Shown: positions 18,301-27,396, counted from the first letter of the stretch. The stretch: DNA of 64,000 nt from Actinomycetota bacterium (GCA_003598015.1 QZKE01000006.1:3188-67187); one strand, 5' to 3'. Numbers and translations: made by a program. The notes: generated from the letters alone by a model not told the origin.

Positions 18301-21300
18301 CCGTTGCCGTCCCGGTGATCTCCGCCGTCCCCCGCAGGTGTCCCCCCTCCTGGGGGGAGGAGATCTGGGCTGTGGGGTAGGTGCGGTCCACCTCCACGGT
18401 CACCTGGCCGGTGGAGATCTTGCCATAGGCGTCCTCCACCTGCAGCCGGAGGGTGTGGGGACCCGCGCAGGTCTCCATGGCGTTCCAGGTGGCGAGCACC
18501 CCGCCCGTGACCTCCTCCGTGCCGTACAGGTCCGCCTCTTCGTAGGCGTAGGCGCGGAAGGCGAAATCTCCGCTGCCCGCCTGCCAGGAGGTGCCGTTGT
18601 AGGAGAAGGCACCGCCACCTGGGTAGATATCCGAGCCGTACTCGCCCCACCTGGCGTAGTTATCCCCGTCCGTCTGGCCGTCGGTGCGGTAGATGACCAG
18701 GGCGTAGGTCCCCGAGGGGTCCAGGTACTGGCCCCGGAACTCGAATGGGTACCAGTGCTGTCCGGGGACGGCGTCGATCTCGCTCATGGCGTAGGTGGTC
18801 TCGGATACGGCTATGGCCTCGGAGGTGGGCACGCCCCCGGAGCATGCGCAGACCTTGAGCCCGATGCGGCAATCGCTCTCACCGATCCTGGTCAGGTAGA
18901 CCTCCGCCCGGTCCAGGTAGGGGCGGTCGGGGGTGAAGGTCTGGGCCAGGTCCAGGGCGGTGGGGGAGAAGTAGAAGGCGGGGTGGGTGCTGGCCTCCTC
19001 CTGGGAGGGCCCGGGGTCGCTCGCGACCGGGGGGATGGGGTAGAAGACGGAGGGGCTCTCCCCCACCCCGTAGGAGAGGAGGTAGCGGTAGAAGTTGCCG
19101 TCCGCAGCCGTGCCCTCGATCTGCAGCTGCCCGCCCACGATGGCGCCCTGCCCCGGCCAGGAGATCTCGGCGGCCGGGTCCTGCCTCTCTATGACCACGC
19201 CCACGATGTCGGAGCTCTCGAGGCCGCCCGCGTCGGTGACGGTGAGCTTTAGGTGCGCGATGCCGTCGGGGAGGCCTGAGAGGTCCCAGGTCTCCAGGTC
19301 CCCCTCCTGCACCGGGCCCGTATGCGGGGGGCTCAAGGGGGTCCATTCGCTCTCGCCCTCCAATCTGCATGTAAGCTGCCAGGATGAGAGCAGGACGTCG
19401 TAGGCGGTGCCCGTGACCATGAGCGAGGGGGAGGTGAGCACCTCGCCCTCCTCCGGATAGGTGATCTCGGCGTCCGGATAGGTGGAGTCCCAGACCACCT
19501 CGAAGGAGTTGGATTGGCCCGCATGGCCGGATCCGTCGTCCACGCTCACCTGGCAGGAGGCCGCGGCGGCGGATATGACCGCCTCCCCCGACCAGACACC
19601 GGAGGTGAAGTCGCCGCTGGCCTGCGGGGCTACGGTGCCCGTGGTGTCGGATATGTTAACCGAGCCCGCATAAGAGACCGCGGTGTTGCCGAAGGCGTCG
19701 GTGGCGGTTATGGCCAGGGGGAAGGCCACCCCCGCCGTGCGGGGGGTGGATATCTCGGATATGGCGAAGTGGTCCACGGGTCCCGCGATCACCTCGCTCT
19801 GCACGGTGTTGGTCGCGCAGGGGCCTGTCTCGGCGCAGTCCGCCTGCGCCTGGTTGGTTATGAGCGTGCCCGCCGGGGCCTGTGCCTTTACCTGGGCGTT
19901 AAAGGAGAGCTCCTGCTGCCCCTGGGAGGGCAGGGTGCCCAGGTCCCAGGTGATCTTGTGCTCGGAGGGCTCGTATACCCCTCCCCCCGTGATGCCCGAG
20001 ATGTTCTCCAGGCTCTCGTCCAGGTAGTCCGTAACCGCGGTCTGGGTGGCCTGCCCGGCGCCTGAGTTCACCACGCCTATGGTGTAGGCCAGGGTGCCCT
20101 GGGGCTGCACCTGCGCCAGGTCCACCTCCTTGCAGGTGGTGGAGAGGTCGGGGAGCAGGGCGGCCACGTCGAAAGTGTTGGAAGCACCCGTCTTCCCGTC
20201 ATATGCGCAGGTGATGACGTCGGCGGTGTAGGGGGCGCCGATGGTCACCGCGCCCGTGAACACGCCGGAGGCGAAGCCGCCGGGCGGCACGTCGGTCTGG
20301 CCGTAGCCGTCGTATCCCCAGCCCGCGATGGTGCCGCCTGAGCGCAGGGCCAGGCAGTGGTGGTCCCCCGCGGATATGGCGGTGAAATCGTTGCCGGAAG
20401 GCACCGTCGTCTGACCATAGTTGTTGTACCCCCAGGCGGCCAGGGTGCCGCCGGTGCGCAGGGCCAGGGAATGGTAGTTGCCCGCGGAGATGGCGGCGTA
20501 ATCGTTTCCCGCGGGCGGGGTGGCCTCGCCGTGCTCGTTGTATCCCCACCCCGCGATGGAGCCGTCCGCGCGCAGGGCCAGGCAGTGGTAGGCCCCGGCG
20601 GAGATGGCCACGTAGTCGCTGCCGGAGGGCACGCTTGTCTGCCCGTTATTGTTCAGCCCCCAGGCCACCAGGGAGCCGTCGGTCTTCAAAGCCAGGGAGT
20701 GGTAGTAGCCGGCGGAGATGGCCGCGAAATCGTTTCCCGCAGGCACGTTCGTCTGGCCGTAGTAGTTCTCGCCCCAGCCGGCCAGGGAGCCGTCCGCTTT
20801 GAGCGCCAGGCCGTGGAAGCCGCCCGCGGCCACGGCGACGAAGTCCGTGCCCGCCGGAGGGGTGGCCTGGCCGTGGTTGTCGTAGCCCCAGCCGGCCAGG
20901 GAGCCGCCTGAGCGCAGTGCCAGGGAGTGATTGGCGCCGCCCGCCACGGCGACGTAGTCCGTGCCCGCGGGCACGCCGGTCTGGCCCTGGTCGTTTTTGC
21001 CCCACGCCCACAGCGACCCGCCGGAGCTCACCGCCAGGGAGTGGTGGGAGCCGGCATCCAGGGCGGCGTAGACGTTCCGGGTCTCCGTGGGGCTGATGGC
21101 CCCTGTGAGGTCCGAGAGGCCTGCCACTTCCTCGAAGTCGGAGATGGTCTCCCCCGCGGCGTCCTTGGCGTAGATGGTCACCGCGAAGGGCTGTCCCTCG
21201 GTCTGGGGAGAGGATACGGGATCGAAGGTGAAATGGTGAAGGGGATCGGGGGCGATCACCGTCGTTTGGACGGTGTTGCTCACATGGGGCCCCCCGCCGC

Positions 21301-21703
21301 TGTAGGAGATGCTCGCGCTGTTGGGGATCACCGTCCCTATAGAGGTTGACTCCATGATGTCGGCGGTGAAGGTGAGATTCATCTGGCCCCCGGCGGGGAC
21401 GGTGCCCAGGTTCCAGGTCACGGTCCTGGTGGAGGGGTTGTAGACGCCGCCCCCGGTGATATTGCCCACGTCCTCCAGGTTCACGTTCACCTGGTCGGTG
21501 ACGACGGTGCTCGTCGACGCCTGATCGCCCGAGTTGATGACGTTCAGCGTGTAGGTGAGGGTCTCCCCCGGAGGGGCTTGCGCGAGGTCGACGGCCTTGG
21601 AGGAAGTGCCGTAGTTGATGCAGCCGGCCGCGAAGAGGGTGAGCAAGCTGCCGGCCAGCATGGCCAGGATGGTCAATGCGGTTACGCCCTTGGATCTCTT
21701 CAA
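9341..21703 (-). CDS. Giant (4120 aa) Rhs/YD-repeat polymorphic toxin with signal peptide, 2x DUF11, RCC1 propeller, Ig-like array, PQQ-like beta-propeller, Rhs cage and Tlde1-like C-terminal tip
   Basis: Single uninterrupted ORF with a TTG start. Signal peptide MKRSKGVTALTILAMLAGSLLTLFAAGC. DUF11-like segments (LTYTLNVINSGDQAS; LAYTIGVVNSGAGQAT). Seven 38-aa RCC1 blades. Five modules carrying IxSPxxG...GTAxDxNF. YD repeats run from about 15570 to 10358. The core ends WMGARWYSPELTRFISVDP...HPYLYCKDDPINAFDPTGM. Confidence 0.95.
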   Translation of the reverse strand: MKRSKGVTALTILAMLAGSLLTLFAAGCINYGTSSKAVDLAQAPPGETLTYTLNVINSGDQASTSTVVTDQVNVNLEDVGNITGGGVYNPSTRTVTWNLGTVPAGGQMNLTFTADIMESTSIGTVIPNSASISYSGGGPHVSNTVQTTVIAPDPLHHFTFDPVSSPQTEGQPFAVTIYAKDAAGETISDFEEVAGLSDLTGAISPTETRNVYAALDAGSHHSLAVSSGGSLWAWGKNDQGQTGVPAGTDYVAVAGGANHSLALRSGGSLAGWGYDNHGQATPPAGTDFVAVAAGGFHGLALKADGSLAGWGENYYGQTNVPAGNDFAAISAGYYHSLALKTDGSLVAWGLNNNGQTSVPSGSDYVAISAGAYHCLALRADGSIAGWGYNEHGEATPPAGNDYAAISAGNYHSLALRTGGTLAAWGYNNYGQTTVPSGNDFTAISAGDHHCLALRSGGTIAGWGYDGYGQTDVPPGGFASGVFTGAVTIGAPYTADVITCAYDGKTGASNTFDVAALLPDLSTTCKEVDLAQVQPQGTLAYTIGVVNSGAGQATQTAVTDYLDESLENISGITGGGVYEPSEHKITWDLGTLPSQGQQELSFNAQVKAQAPAGTLITNQAQADCAETGPCATNTVQSEVIAGPVDHFAISEISTPRTAGVAFPLAITATDAFGNTAVSYAGSVNISDTTGTVAPQASGDFTSGVWSGEAVISAAAASCQVSVDDGSGHAGQSNSFEVVWDSTYPDAEITYPEEGEVLTSPSLMVTGTAYDVLLSSWQLTCRLEGESEWTPLSPPHTGPVQEGDLETWDLSGLPDGIAHLKLTVTDAGGLESSDIVGVVIERQDPAAEISWPGQGAIVGGQLQIEGTAADGNFYRYLLSYGVGESPSVFYPIPPVASDPGPSQEEASTHPAFYFSPTALDLAQTFTPDRPYLDRAEVYLTRIGESDCRIGLKVCACSGGVPTSEAIAVSETTYAMSEIDAVPGQHWYPFEFRGQYLDPSGTYALVIYRTDGQTDGDNYARWGEYGSDIYPGGGAFSYNGTSWQAGSGDFAFRAYAYEEADLYGTEEVTGGVLATWNAMETCAGPHTLRLQVEDAYGKISTGQVTVEVDRTYPTAQISSPQEGGHLRGTAEITGTATDEHFTAYQLFYGEGTGPAEIPLSPEMTTPAAGGLLYSWDTTAAADGLYTLKLAVRDQAGLVSETTVQANVDNTPPAAAITSPAPEEAACGTLFVQGTASDANFASWRLRYTQDDPEDPDALWTEIVSDTLPPGVNLGSLDTAELAETGLWLELSVSDAAGNSSVARVHVNPDNTFPDVRIDSPEEGRVYEQVHIAGVAYDSNIVSCSLYDWDGENLNLLIEEEGTGPYPEDIFTWDTTTVDDGEHVLALQASDAAGHQRTAIRIIHVDNAPPSGSIEVMGKDVAGDFTNTGFTNLKLFAEDAEYVKIWNYDPANPDYVPENAKPLLPGGGSYTGVLHCDWILDSAFFPTVEGLKEVRCQFVDISGVYSPVYSDTITLEVTPPTIGVAELENPIEGEPGIIKFSFHLSDPAPASGLERVEIWATDGGAPLEKVYEEPLSGVDYDVTATVDLTARGFGYYDFLIKAFDQAGNAAASSAYPYYYSGVPEWPMEGYDLKNTHYNAGIKPGEMFWPFAQEWEDHSTNNKMNRKTPVVSGGFLYVAESGDEKFTVLKIYTTGEQAGDRKAVFEETDPADYRIRGMCVANGKAYVVTDHSLHVLNADNLSLEGDPYFVTDYAPAGEEFTNNPVAIGDRLLLTTTTHLVCVDLENPGVQRWNRAFELPWGPSRPAVLEGMAVFTEGGRLRAVDINTGAEEDDLILDPDTTWPQWNYGGVPTIHNGIIYVKYWYGLSQSRIRIVEIQNEQLIYGGDQSENVYSSLEDDIAYANGILYCVSNHNVGCQTYLKLWAFDATTASTMWCKDYSTYQLNGGPDLGAPAVAGGLLYVGFTTVGTFDYPTTKLMVFDAYSGALRWESPYTDGELVADSPVPSAVIAGGKVYFNYVGRGTMCYEPENEVDDLNALGFDTFCGFYEGINTSLGSYTEEATDVSLPGRGIDIEFKRTYNSYKPGGTYPESAVGNGWDYSYNVYIEEVYDNGSPPAMTALKVHRGDGRVDTYTKEGDTFKPPPTVFDDLTAGRFEGMGSDPGNPDYSTPYTLKVPGGNLWEFDHVDGDPAETKRLVRIVDDYGASDNILTLDYGDDNKLDKITAPGSEGTFRCLDITWDGEHITKLEYNNQFNGQENPYLISVGYTYNSANLEHVQDIYGATTEYKYNLQDRLESIAKPENLDIHETSKTISYYAEGEANAGMVSKTEDAYGHATQFSYATPSHMTMVTDCRGYTTTHRYDTLYRLIQEVNNAGESTIYSYGDDGNGKSVRDPAGRITQFTSEQGLVKRIISPDGGVREFTYDERDRLTSETDGAGNTKYYDYDGNNNLVKVKDFDLSETLYFYDTSEPVNNPGLPTLKVMPRVNGEPGPEEDGQEPTMQYIYDAYGDLTREDLFSDWNENPAQPSGDGAQVCINFYDYTGDGRIESEELGASMPFGPGLVKYEYTYDDDVADGFRGVTKKNTSYTINVGGATLNPTEITRYDKNGNLAYTIRSRGDTSSDPQAVWLMTGYTYYKDDREWTRTVYTSGDTSNPPAGGWVQYPLYTSATKEYDTNGFLLSESDYAGRETRYFYDDAGRLVRQVDGEDRVTSYEYFADGQVKKRVDPNSTGCVTYGYDAAGRPAYEERRFTSALYGEMYYRTVKSYDTRGNVICERTTRPVPDPSLSNLNALTWREAQVNYTYDAASRVLAQASTTGESMGDITTTYEYDPAGNRLTETRTGPASPAATISFAYNAQGKTVQEAAICSYPDEAPTCVVAHRGYDMLGNVTTETICDGEGTEDAVYSHRTYDYNGLGKVEHVWAAVGEASGGFSLGTYGSIGGTTLVSDYDYFCDGLLSWETRNNTNPGGTSPSQQITYSYDPAGKKTRESWDLGSGQSYVQLHAYDGSGNLVAEASGNGTALRSTAYTYDGANRPLAKILPDAGGETTGERTISFVYSDPERKVTATDPEGRTVISTLDDLGRVEMAEIPGESLVLRAYDAGGNVIRESSRQEAGVGADTFRQAFQRFDDLGRLVEKRVLSEDGGQQLLLSTAFAYDHGGNLTSTTTPGGNTTTYAYDSLSLLRRQVLPHSGGASVVTSFTYDALGRKTHTFEGDADPDGTRYTYDGLSRLRRVEQWTDAWTGAGPGPYTVPAGGEGATTSYDVDLTGSLLSQTDAREKTTSYTYDACGRATSKTDPLGQAESFTYTAYGEADTHTYTEPEPDRTIDYDYDGRGQLTAERALDGTSEVDVINYAYDHAGNLTGAVYDRANGVDAGRTISLSYDGASRLSSVSCDAEGAAGDYSTTYGYYDSGELRSRILTSGGQTQASSNYSYDISGRLTASSDSVCGGTLTFEWSPDSLLERASLPASGGHIDYTYYAEGLTETQTAYDSSNTLQASYDYSYDDRGRRTGMTVNVPSQTALSGAYSYAYDGMGRLTGFDAPSTANDITYDYDLCGNLEQQTTGGQTKTYSYNDAGQITTGPEGAYTYDEVGNLVQKGTETFTWDGFGKLVSYKESAQAPLVTLSYDALGRLSERKVGGETERAFRYDGASLSQIQETNAAGGALATYALDPGGTHLAQDKQGTLSYLGLSPHTDVSFTLSGQGSLTGGRICDPYGNTVAGSVDSSLGYQEDYEDPLSGLVWMGARWYSPELTRFISVDPLKGETGDPLSLHPYLYCKDDPINAFDPTGMGPKEDLAQQIQAVTGALIQIQDAIHLYIRAGMEPPSYLMNTRDHLEKTLQHLYQAYRLLCMAEEVVNKAKEYGLVQDKHTSGEDPPDPAEEYLRDIIEDIQNDRDVELEGSLGAVVVAAIESDNFDEFLMRTDINVLNNMTIDQKTRFWRDVKHYFCPGHTEMTFDGKYLDLYMYLGGGRKVRLFHVDAYSGQPGGQMTQEDIGPIPRGAWRLTRRQNPETESWLPGFGDWVIRLRPAGNVGMKGSTMEWLYNQTSRSRDINDNFIQEGVFLIHEDAGAAGTSGCIGVLGNKLDRSIDAFSDLLGLGYDQNPDNWSNTYLFVDIGVGYTNPGHPGDSW
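10358..12960 (-). repeat. Rhs core 3' homology block, copy A (within the full-length gene)
   Basis: Region of the main gene paralogous to both orphan cassettes. Protein-level similarity is clear. Nucleotide similarity is patchy, with islands of perfect identity. Confidence 0.75.
20279..21070 (-). repeat. Seven tandem RCC1-like blades, exact 38-codon (114-nt) period
   Basis: H[SGC]LA motif at residues 221, 259, 297, 335, 373, 411 and 449. Each unit has the form GxxHSLALxxxGSLxxWGxNxxGQTxVPxGxDFxAI. Confidence 0.85.
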
Positions 21704-21783
21704 TTCAATCCCCCCAATATGCCCGAAGCCCGCCGCGGCTCGATATCGACGTTCATTGCGACTGCGCCCTTGGATCTCTTCAA
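21700..21783 (-). CDS. Candidate 27-codon upstream ORF created by duplication of the rhs start region
   Basis: TTG AAG AGA TCC AAG GGC (MKRSKG, identical to the rhs start) preceded by the same GGGGGGATTG. The frame ends in a TGA that overlaps the rhs TTG start (TTGA). Confidence 0.3.
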   Translation of the reverse strand: MKRSKGAVAMNVDIEPRRASGILGGLN

Positions 21784-21990
21784 TGCAATCCCCCCATGTG
21801 CCCGGAGCTTACAACGCGTCTTATATCGCATACGCAAAACGTGGTGAGGTAAGAAGAAGTAGTCATGCCCGCGCGCTCATCCGTACCCCCCTTCGTCCTC
21901 GCAGCCGCCGCCGGCCCGCCGCATGCGCTCGGCCGGCGCGCTGCCGAACCTCGTTTGCTTACCGGCGGTCAATAGCCCCACTGGCGTCTA

Positions 21991-22019
21991 TTCATATAGG
22001 GGGGCAAGCGAGATGTCAA
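21991..22019 (-). promoter_or_regulatory. Candidate sigma70-like promoter upstream of rhs (TTGACA-17 nt-TATGAA)
   Basis: Minus-strand TTGACA at 22014-22019 and TATGAA at 21991-21996. About 290 nt upstream of the rhs start. Sequence match only. Confidence 0.25.
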
Positions 22020-22229
22020 GCGGTAAATGGTTTTTTTTTACAGCTTCGGTCGTACTGGTGGCCTCCGCTGGTCACCAAGTCACGTCAATCGAAGGCAGCC
22101 TGCCAAGCCGCGTACGGCTTGCATCTCGATCAGAGCATGAATCAAACCGTTACCTGTGCAGATTCAAGGCCAGCCGTGCAAAACGTGACAGCGGAGCGAG
22201 GACCACTACCCCGGAGCTCGGGCAACAAA

Positions 22230-23771
22230 TCACTCCCATTCGATGGTGGCGGGGGGCTTGGAGGAGATATCCAGCACCACGCGGTTGACGCCCTTGACCT
22301 CGTTGATAACACGGCTGGATATGCGTTCCATCACTTCGTAGGGCAGACGGGCCCAATCGGCGGTCATGGCGTCCTCGCTGGTCACAGCGCGCACGACGAT
22401 GGGGTAAGCGTAGGTACGCTCGTCTCCCATCACCCCTACCGACTTGATATCCGGCAGGACCGCGAAGGATTGCCATATCTCTTTATAGAGGCCGGCGCGC
22501 TTGATCTCATCCAGCACGATGTCGTCCGCGTCGCGCAGGATCTCGAGCTTTTCCGCGGTGACCTCTCCGATGATGCGGATGGCCAGTCCCGGGCCGGGGA
22601 AGGGCTGCCGCCACACGATCTCCTCCGGCAGTCCCAACTCCTCGCCTGCCGCGCGCACCTCGTCCTTGAAGAGGCTGCGCAGGGGCTCCACCAGGGTGAA
22701 GTCCATCTCCTCGGGCAGACCGCCCACGTTGTGGTGCGACTTGATGCGCGCCGCGTCGCGGGTACCGCTCTCGATGATGTCTGGGTAGAGGGTTCCCTGC
22801 ACCAGGAAATGGGTGTCCTTGAGTTCCCTGGCCACCTCCTCGAAGACGCGGATGAACTCCTCCCCTATGGTCTTGCGCTTCACCTCCGGGTCGGTGACGC
22901 CCTCGAGCCGGGCCAGGAAACGTTGCTGGGCTTGCACGTGGATGAGGTTCATGTGGAAATGGCGGCGGAAAGTATCTTCAACCTGCTCGCCCTCCCTTTT
23001 GCGCAGCAGGCCGTGGTCGACGAAGACGCAGGTGAGCTGGTCGCCCACCGCCTTGTGCACCAGGACGGCCGCCGTGGCCGAATCCACCCCGCCGGACAGT
23101 CCGCAGATGATCTTGTTATTCCCCACCTTCGCGCGTATCTCCCCCACCGCCTGTTCGATGATGGATACCATGGTCCAGGTGGGAAGGAGGTCCGCGGCAC
23201 CGTAGAGGAAGTTCTTGAGGATATCCTTGCCCAGGGGGGTATGGATGACTTCGGGGTGGAACTGCACCCCGTATAGCCTGCGCTCCGGGTCCTCCATGGC
23301 CGCTACCGGCGAGGCGGCGGTATGCGCGGTGATCTGGAAGCCGGAGGGAGCCCCCCGGACGCTGTCGCCGTGGCTCATCCACACCGTCTGCTCCAGGGGC
23401 AGGCCCTCGAAGAGGATGCCGTTTCCTTTGACATTCATCTCGGTCTTACCGTATTCCCGGATGCCGGTGGCCTCCACCTTGCCGTCCAATTCCTGGGCGA
23501 GCAACTGGTGGCCGTAACATATACCCAGAACCGGAAGGCCGAGCTCGAGGATGCCGGGGTCGGGACGCGGCGCACCCTCCTGGTAAACGCTGGAGGGACC
23601 CCCGGAGAAGATAAGCGCCGCGGCGCCGCGGCGCTCTATCTCCTCGGGAGAGATGTCGTAGGGCACTATTTCCGAATATACCTTGCACTCCCTCACCCGG
23701 CGGGCGATGAGCTGGGCGTACTGCGCGCCGAAATCCACGACCAGCACGCTTTCCTGCGGTTTAGCGCTCAA
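22230..23771 (-). CDS. guaA: GMP synthase (glutamine-hydrolysing)
   Basis: 513 aa. Class-I amidotransferase N-terminus ([28 protein letters not shown]). ATP-PPase SGGVDS motif. C-terminal ...PPATIEWE. Confidence 0.95.
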   Translation of the reverse strand: MSAKPQESVLVVDFGAQYAQLIARRVRECKVYSEIVPYDISPEEIERRGAAALIFSGGPSSVYQEGAPRPDPGILELGLPVLGICYGHQLLAQELDGKVEATGIREYGKTEMNVKGNGILFEGLPLEQTVWMSHGDSVRGAPSGFQITAHTAASPVAAMEDPERRLYGVQFHPEVIHTPLGKDILKNFLYGAADLLPTWTMVSIIEQAVGEIRAKVGNNKIICGLSGGVDSATAAVLVHKAVGDQLTCVFVDHGLLRKREGEQVEDTFRRHFHMNLIHVQAQQRFLARLEGVTDPEVKRKTIGEEFIRVFEEVARELKDTHFLVQGTLYPDIIESGTRDAARIKSHHNVGGLPEEMDFTLVEPLRSLFKDEVRAAGEELGLPEEIVWRQPFPGPGLAIRIIGEVTAEKLEILRDADDIVLDEIKRAGLYKEIWQSFAVLPDIKSVGVMGDERTYAYPIVVRAVTSEDAMTADWARLPYEVMERISSRVINEVKGVNRVVLDISSKPPATIEWE

Positions 23772-23866
23772 TTCCCTTCCCCTCTAAGATAACCTTACTC
23801 CTGATCCACGCCGGACTTCATTCCCCAAACCCACTTCAGACATCAGACTTCAGACTTACCAGTGGG

Positions 23867-25033
23867 TTACTTGATCATCCCCACGCCCTGTTCGTACTGC
23901 ATGGATTTGCCCTCGGTGCGAATGGACGGCGCTATCATTACCTCCGCCCTCTGAAATGCCTTGATATTCTCGTAACCACAGGTGGCCATGGAAGTGCGCA
24001 AGGCCCCGAATAGATTGACCGTACCGTCGTTTTCGTGGGCCGGACCTACCAGTATCTCCTCGATGGTCCAGCGATGTTCCGTCTTTACCCTGGTACCACG
24101 CGGTAGTTCCGGATGGAACGTGGCCATGCCCCAGTGATACCCACGGCCGGGTGCCTCCCTTGCCGCCGCCACGGGTGAACCGAGCATAACCGCATCCGCG
24201 CCACAGGCGATGGCCTTGGCGATATCCCCGCCCGTGCGCATGCCGCCGTCGGCGATGACGTTAACGTAGGTACCGGTTTCCGTAAGATGGCGCACGCGAG
24301 CGGCCGCTGCATCCGCCAGCGCCGTCGCTTGTGGAACCCCAATGCCCAGCACGCCGCGGGTAGTACATGCGGCGCCCGGACCCACTCCCACCAGGATCCC
24401 GACCGCCCCGGTGCGCATAAGGTGCAGAGCTGTCGAGTAGGAGGCGCAGCCTCCGACGATAGTGGGTATGGGGAACTCGGCGATGAATCTCTTGAGGTTG
24501 AGCGGTTCGGTACGGGAGGATACGTGCTCGGCGCTGATCACCGTTCCCTGGACGACCATGATGTCGAGGCCCGCTTCCAGCGCGACCTGGTAATACTGCC
24601 GCACCCGCTGGGGCGTGAGGGACGCCGCAGCCACGACCCCTCCCTCCTTTATCTCGCGTATGCGCCGGGCGATAAGCTCCTCTTTTACGGGCTCCTGGTA
24701 GAGCCGCTGCATACCGCGCGTGGCCTCTTCCTTGGAGTAGCCGGCAATCTCCTCGTATATCGGCTTGGGGTCCTCGTACCTTGTCTGCAGCCCCTCGAGG
24801 TTGAGTACCGCCAATCCTCCCAGCTTGCCGATGGTTATGGCCATCTCTACGTCCACTACGGCATCCATCGCGGAGGCAAGAAACGGGAGGTCGAAGCGGA
24901 AATCCCCCATCTCCCAGCTTATATCCACGTCGTCGGCATCACGCGTGCGGCGGGAAGGCACGATGGAGATGTCATCGAACCCGTACGCTCTTCTTCCTGA
25001 TTTTCCCAGACCTATCTCGATCTCCATCTCCAC
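23867..25033 (-). CDS. guaB3: GuaB3-type IMP dehydrogenase-related protein (no CBS insert)
   Basis: 388 aa. IVPSRRTRD, LGGLAVLNLEGL, GPGAACTTR and ADGGMRTGGDIAKAIACGADAVMLG. Co-linear with mycobacterial GuaB3. Confidence 0.85.
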   Translation of the reverse strand: MEMEIEIGLGKSGRRAYGFDDISIVPSRRTRDADDVDISWEMGDFRFDLPFLASAMDAVVDVEMAITIGKLGGLAVLNLEGLQTRYEDPKPIYEEIAGYSKEEATRGMQRLYQEPVKEELIARRIREIKEGGVVAAASLTPQRVRQYYQVALEAGLDIMVVQGTVISAEHVSSRTEPLNLKRFIAEFPIPTIVGGCASYSTALHLMRTGAVGILVGVGPGAACTTRGVLGIGVPQATALADAAAARVRHLTETGTYVNVIADGGMRTGGDIAKAIACGADAVMLGSPVAAAREAPGRGYHWGMATFHPELPRGTRVKTEHRWTIEEILVGPAHENDGTVNLFGALRTSMATCGYENIKAFQRAEVMIAPSIRTEGKSMQYEQGVGMIK

Positions 25034-25260
25034 CTCCGGGTACGCTCAACCGGCGCCTTCATATCTTGATCTTGACCTCGTCCCAACCGAAATATAGGTA
25101 CGCCCGCACACGGTTGATGCGGGTACGATTTTCCTGCCCCTCCGGGTTGCCCCGGATCTCGGCTTTCCTAATTATTAGATATCAAATACTATACTCCCTT
25201 CCCCCCATGTCAAGAAAGGCGCCAATACGGTGCTTGAAGAGCAACCAGGGAGGGGAATCT

Positions 25261-25288
25261 AAAAGGGGAGGGGTCGGAGCCCCTCCCG
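25261..25288 (-). terminator. Intrinsic terminator downstream of groEL
   Basis: Minus strand GGGAGGGG-loop-CCCCTCCC followed by CTTTT. Confidence 0.6.
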
Positions 25289-25311
25289 CTTGTTCTATAC
25301 GGCGGGTCTGC

Positions 25312-25337
25312 GCCTCCACATTTCCGAATGTGGAGGC
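25312..25337 (-). terminator. Perfect 10-bp hairpin immediately after the groEL stop
   Basis: GCCTCCACAT-ttccga-ATGTGGAGGC. No U-tract of its own. Lies in tandem with the 25261-25288 terminator. Confidence 0.4.
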
Positions 25338-25360
25338 CTGACGCCCGTCTAATCCCCAAT

Positions 25361-27013
<1,653 letters not shown>

Positions 27014-27033
27014 TCAAAACCCTGGGGTTCCGA

Positions 27034-27336
27034 TCACTTCTTTTTCTTTTCCTTCTCGACCACGGCGAGTATGTCGCGCTCGCTGAGGATGAGGTGTTCC
27101 TCTCCCCCGATCTTTACCTCCGTCCCGCCGTACTTCGAATAGATGATGGTGTCCCCTTCCTTGACCTCAAGGGGAACATACTTGCCATCCTCCCAGCGGC
27201 CGGGGCCAACTGCGACCACCGTTCCCTCCTGGGGCTTCTCTTTGGCGGTGTCGGGTATCACCAGACCGGAAGCGGTTTTTTCTTCTCCCTCGCCGGGCTT
27301 TACGATTACCCGATCACCCAAAGGCCTGAGTTTCAT
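27034..27336 (-). CDS. groES: Co-chaperonin GroES (Cpn10)
   Basis: 100 aa. [14 protein letters not shown]...YSKYGGTEV. Confidence 0.97.
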   Translation of the reverse strand: MKLRPLGDRVIVKPGEGEEKTASGLVIPDTAKEKPQEGTVVAVGPGRWEDGKYVPLEVKEGDTIIYSKYGGTEVKIGGEEHLILSERDILAVVEKEKKKK

Positions 27337-27396
27337 CTACACATCCCTCCTATCCTCGATCTTTCCTACGAAAAACAACCCGGCTATCGCAACACC

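Noticed and set aside
21615-23276. 553-aa plus-strand ORF
   Set aside because: Mostly antisense to guaA, which has unambiguous GMP synthase motifs. The remainder covers the rhs promoter region. The composition is artefactual.
23772-23866. Short repeats (cagact/tcagac) and an 8-bp stem between guaB3 and guaA
   Set aside because: The stem has a 26-nt loop and no U-tract and overlaps the guaB3 stop. This is too weak to call a terminator or a regulatory RNA.
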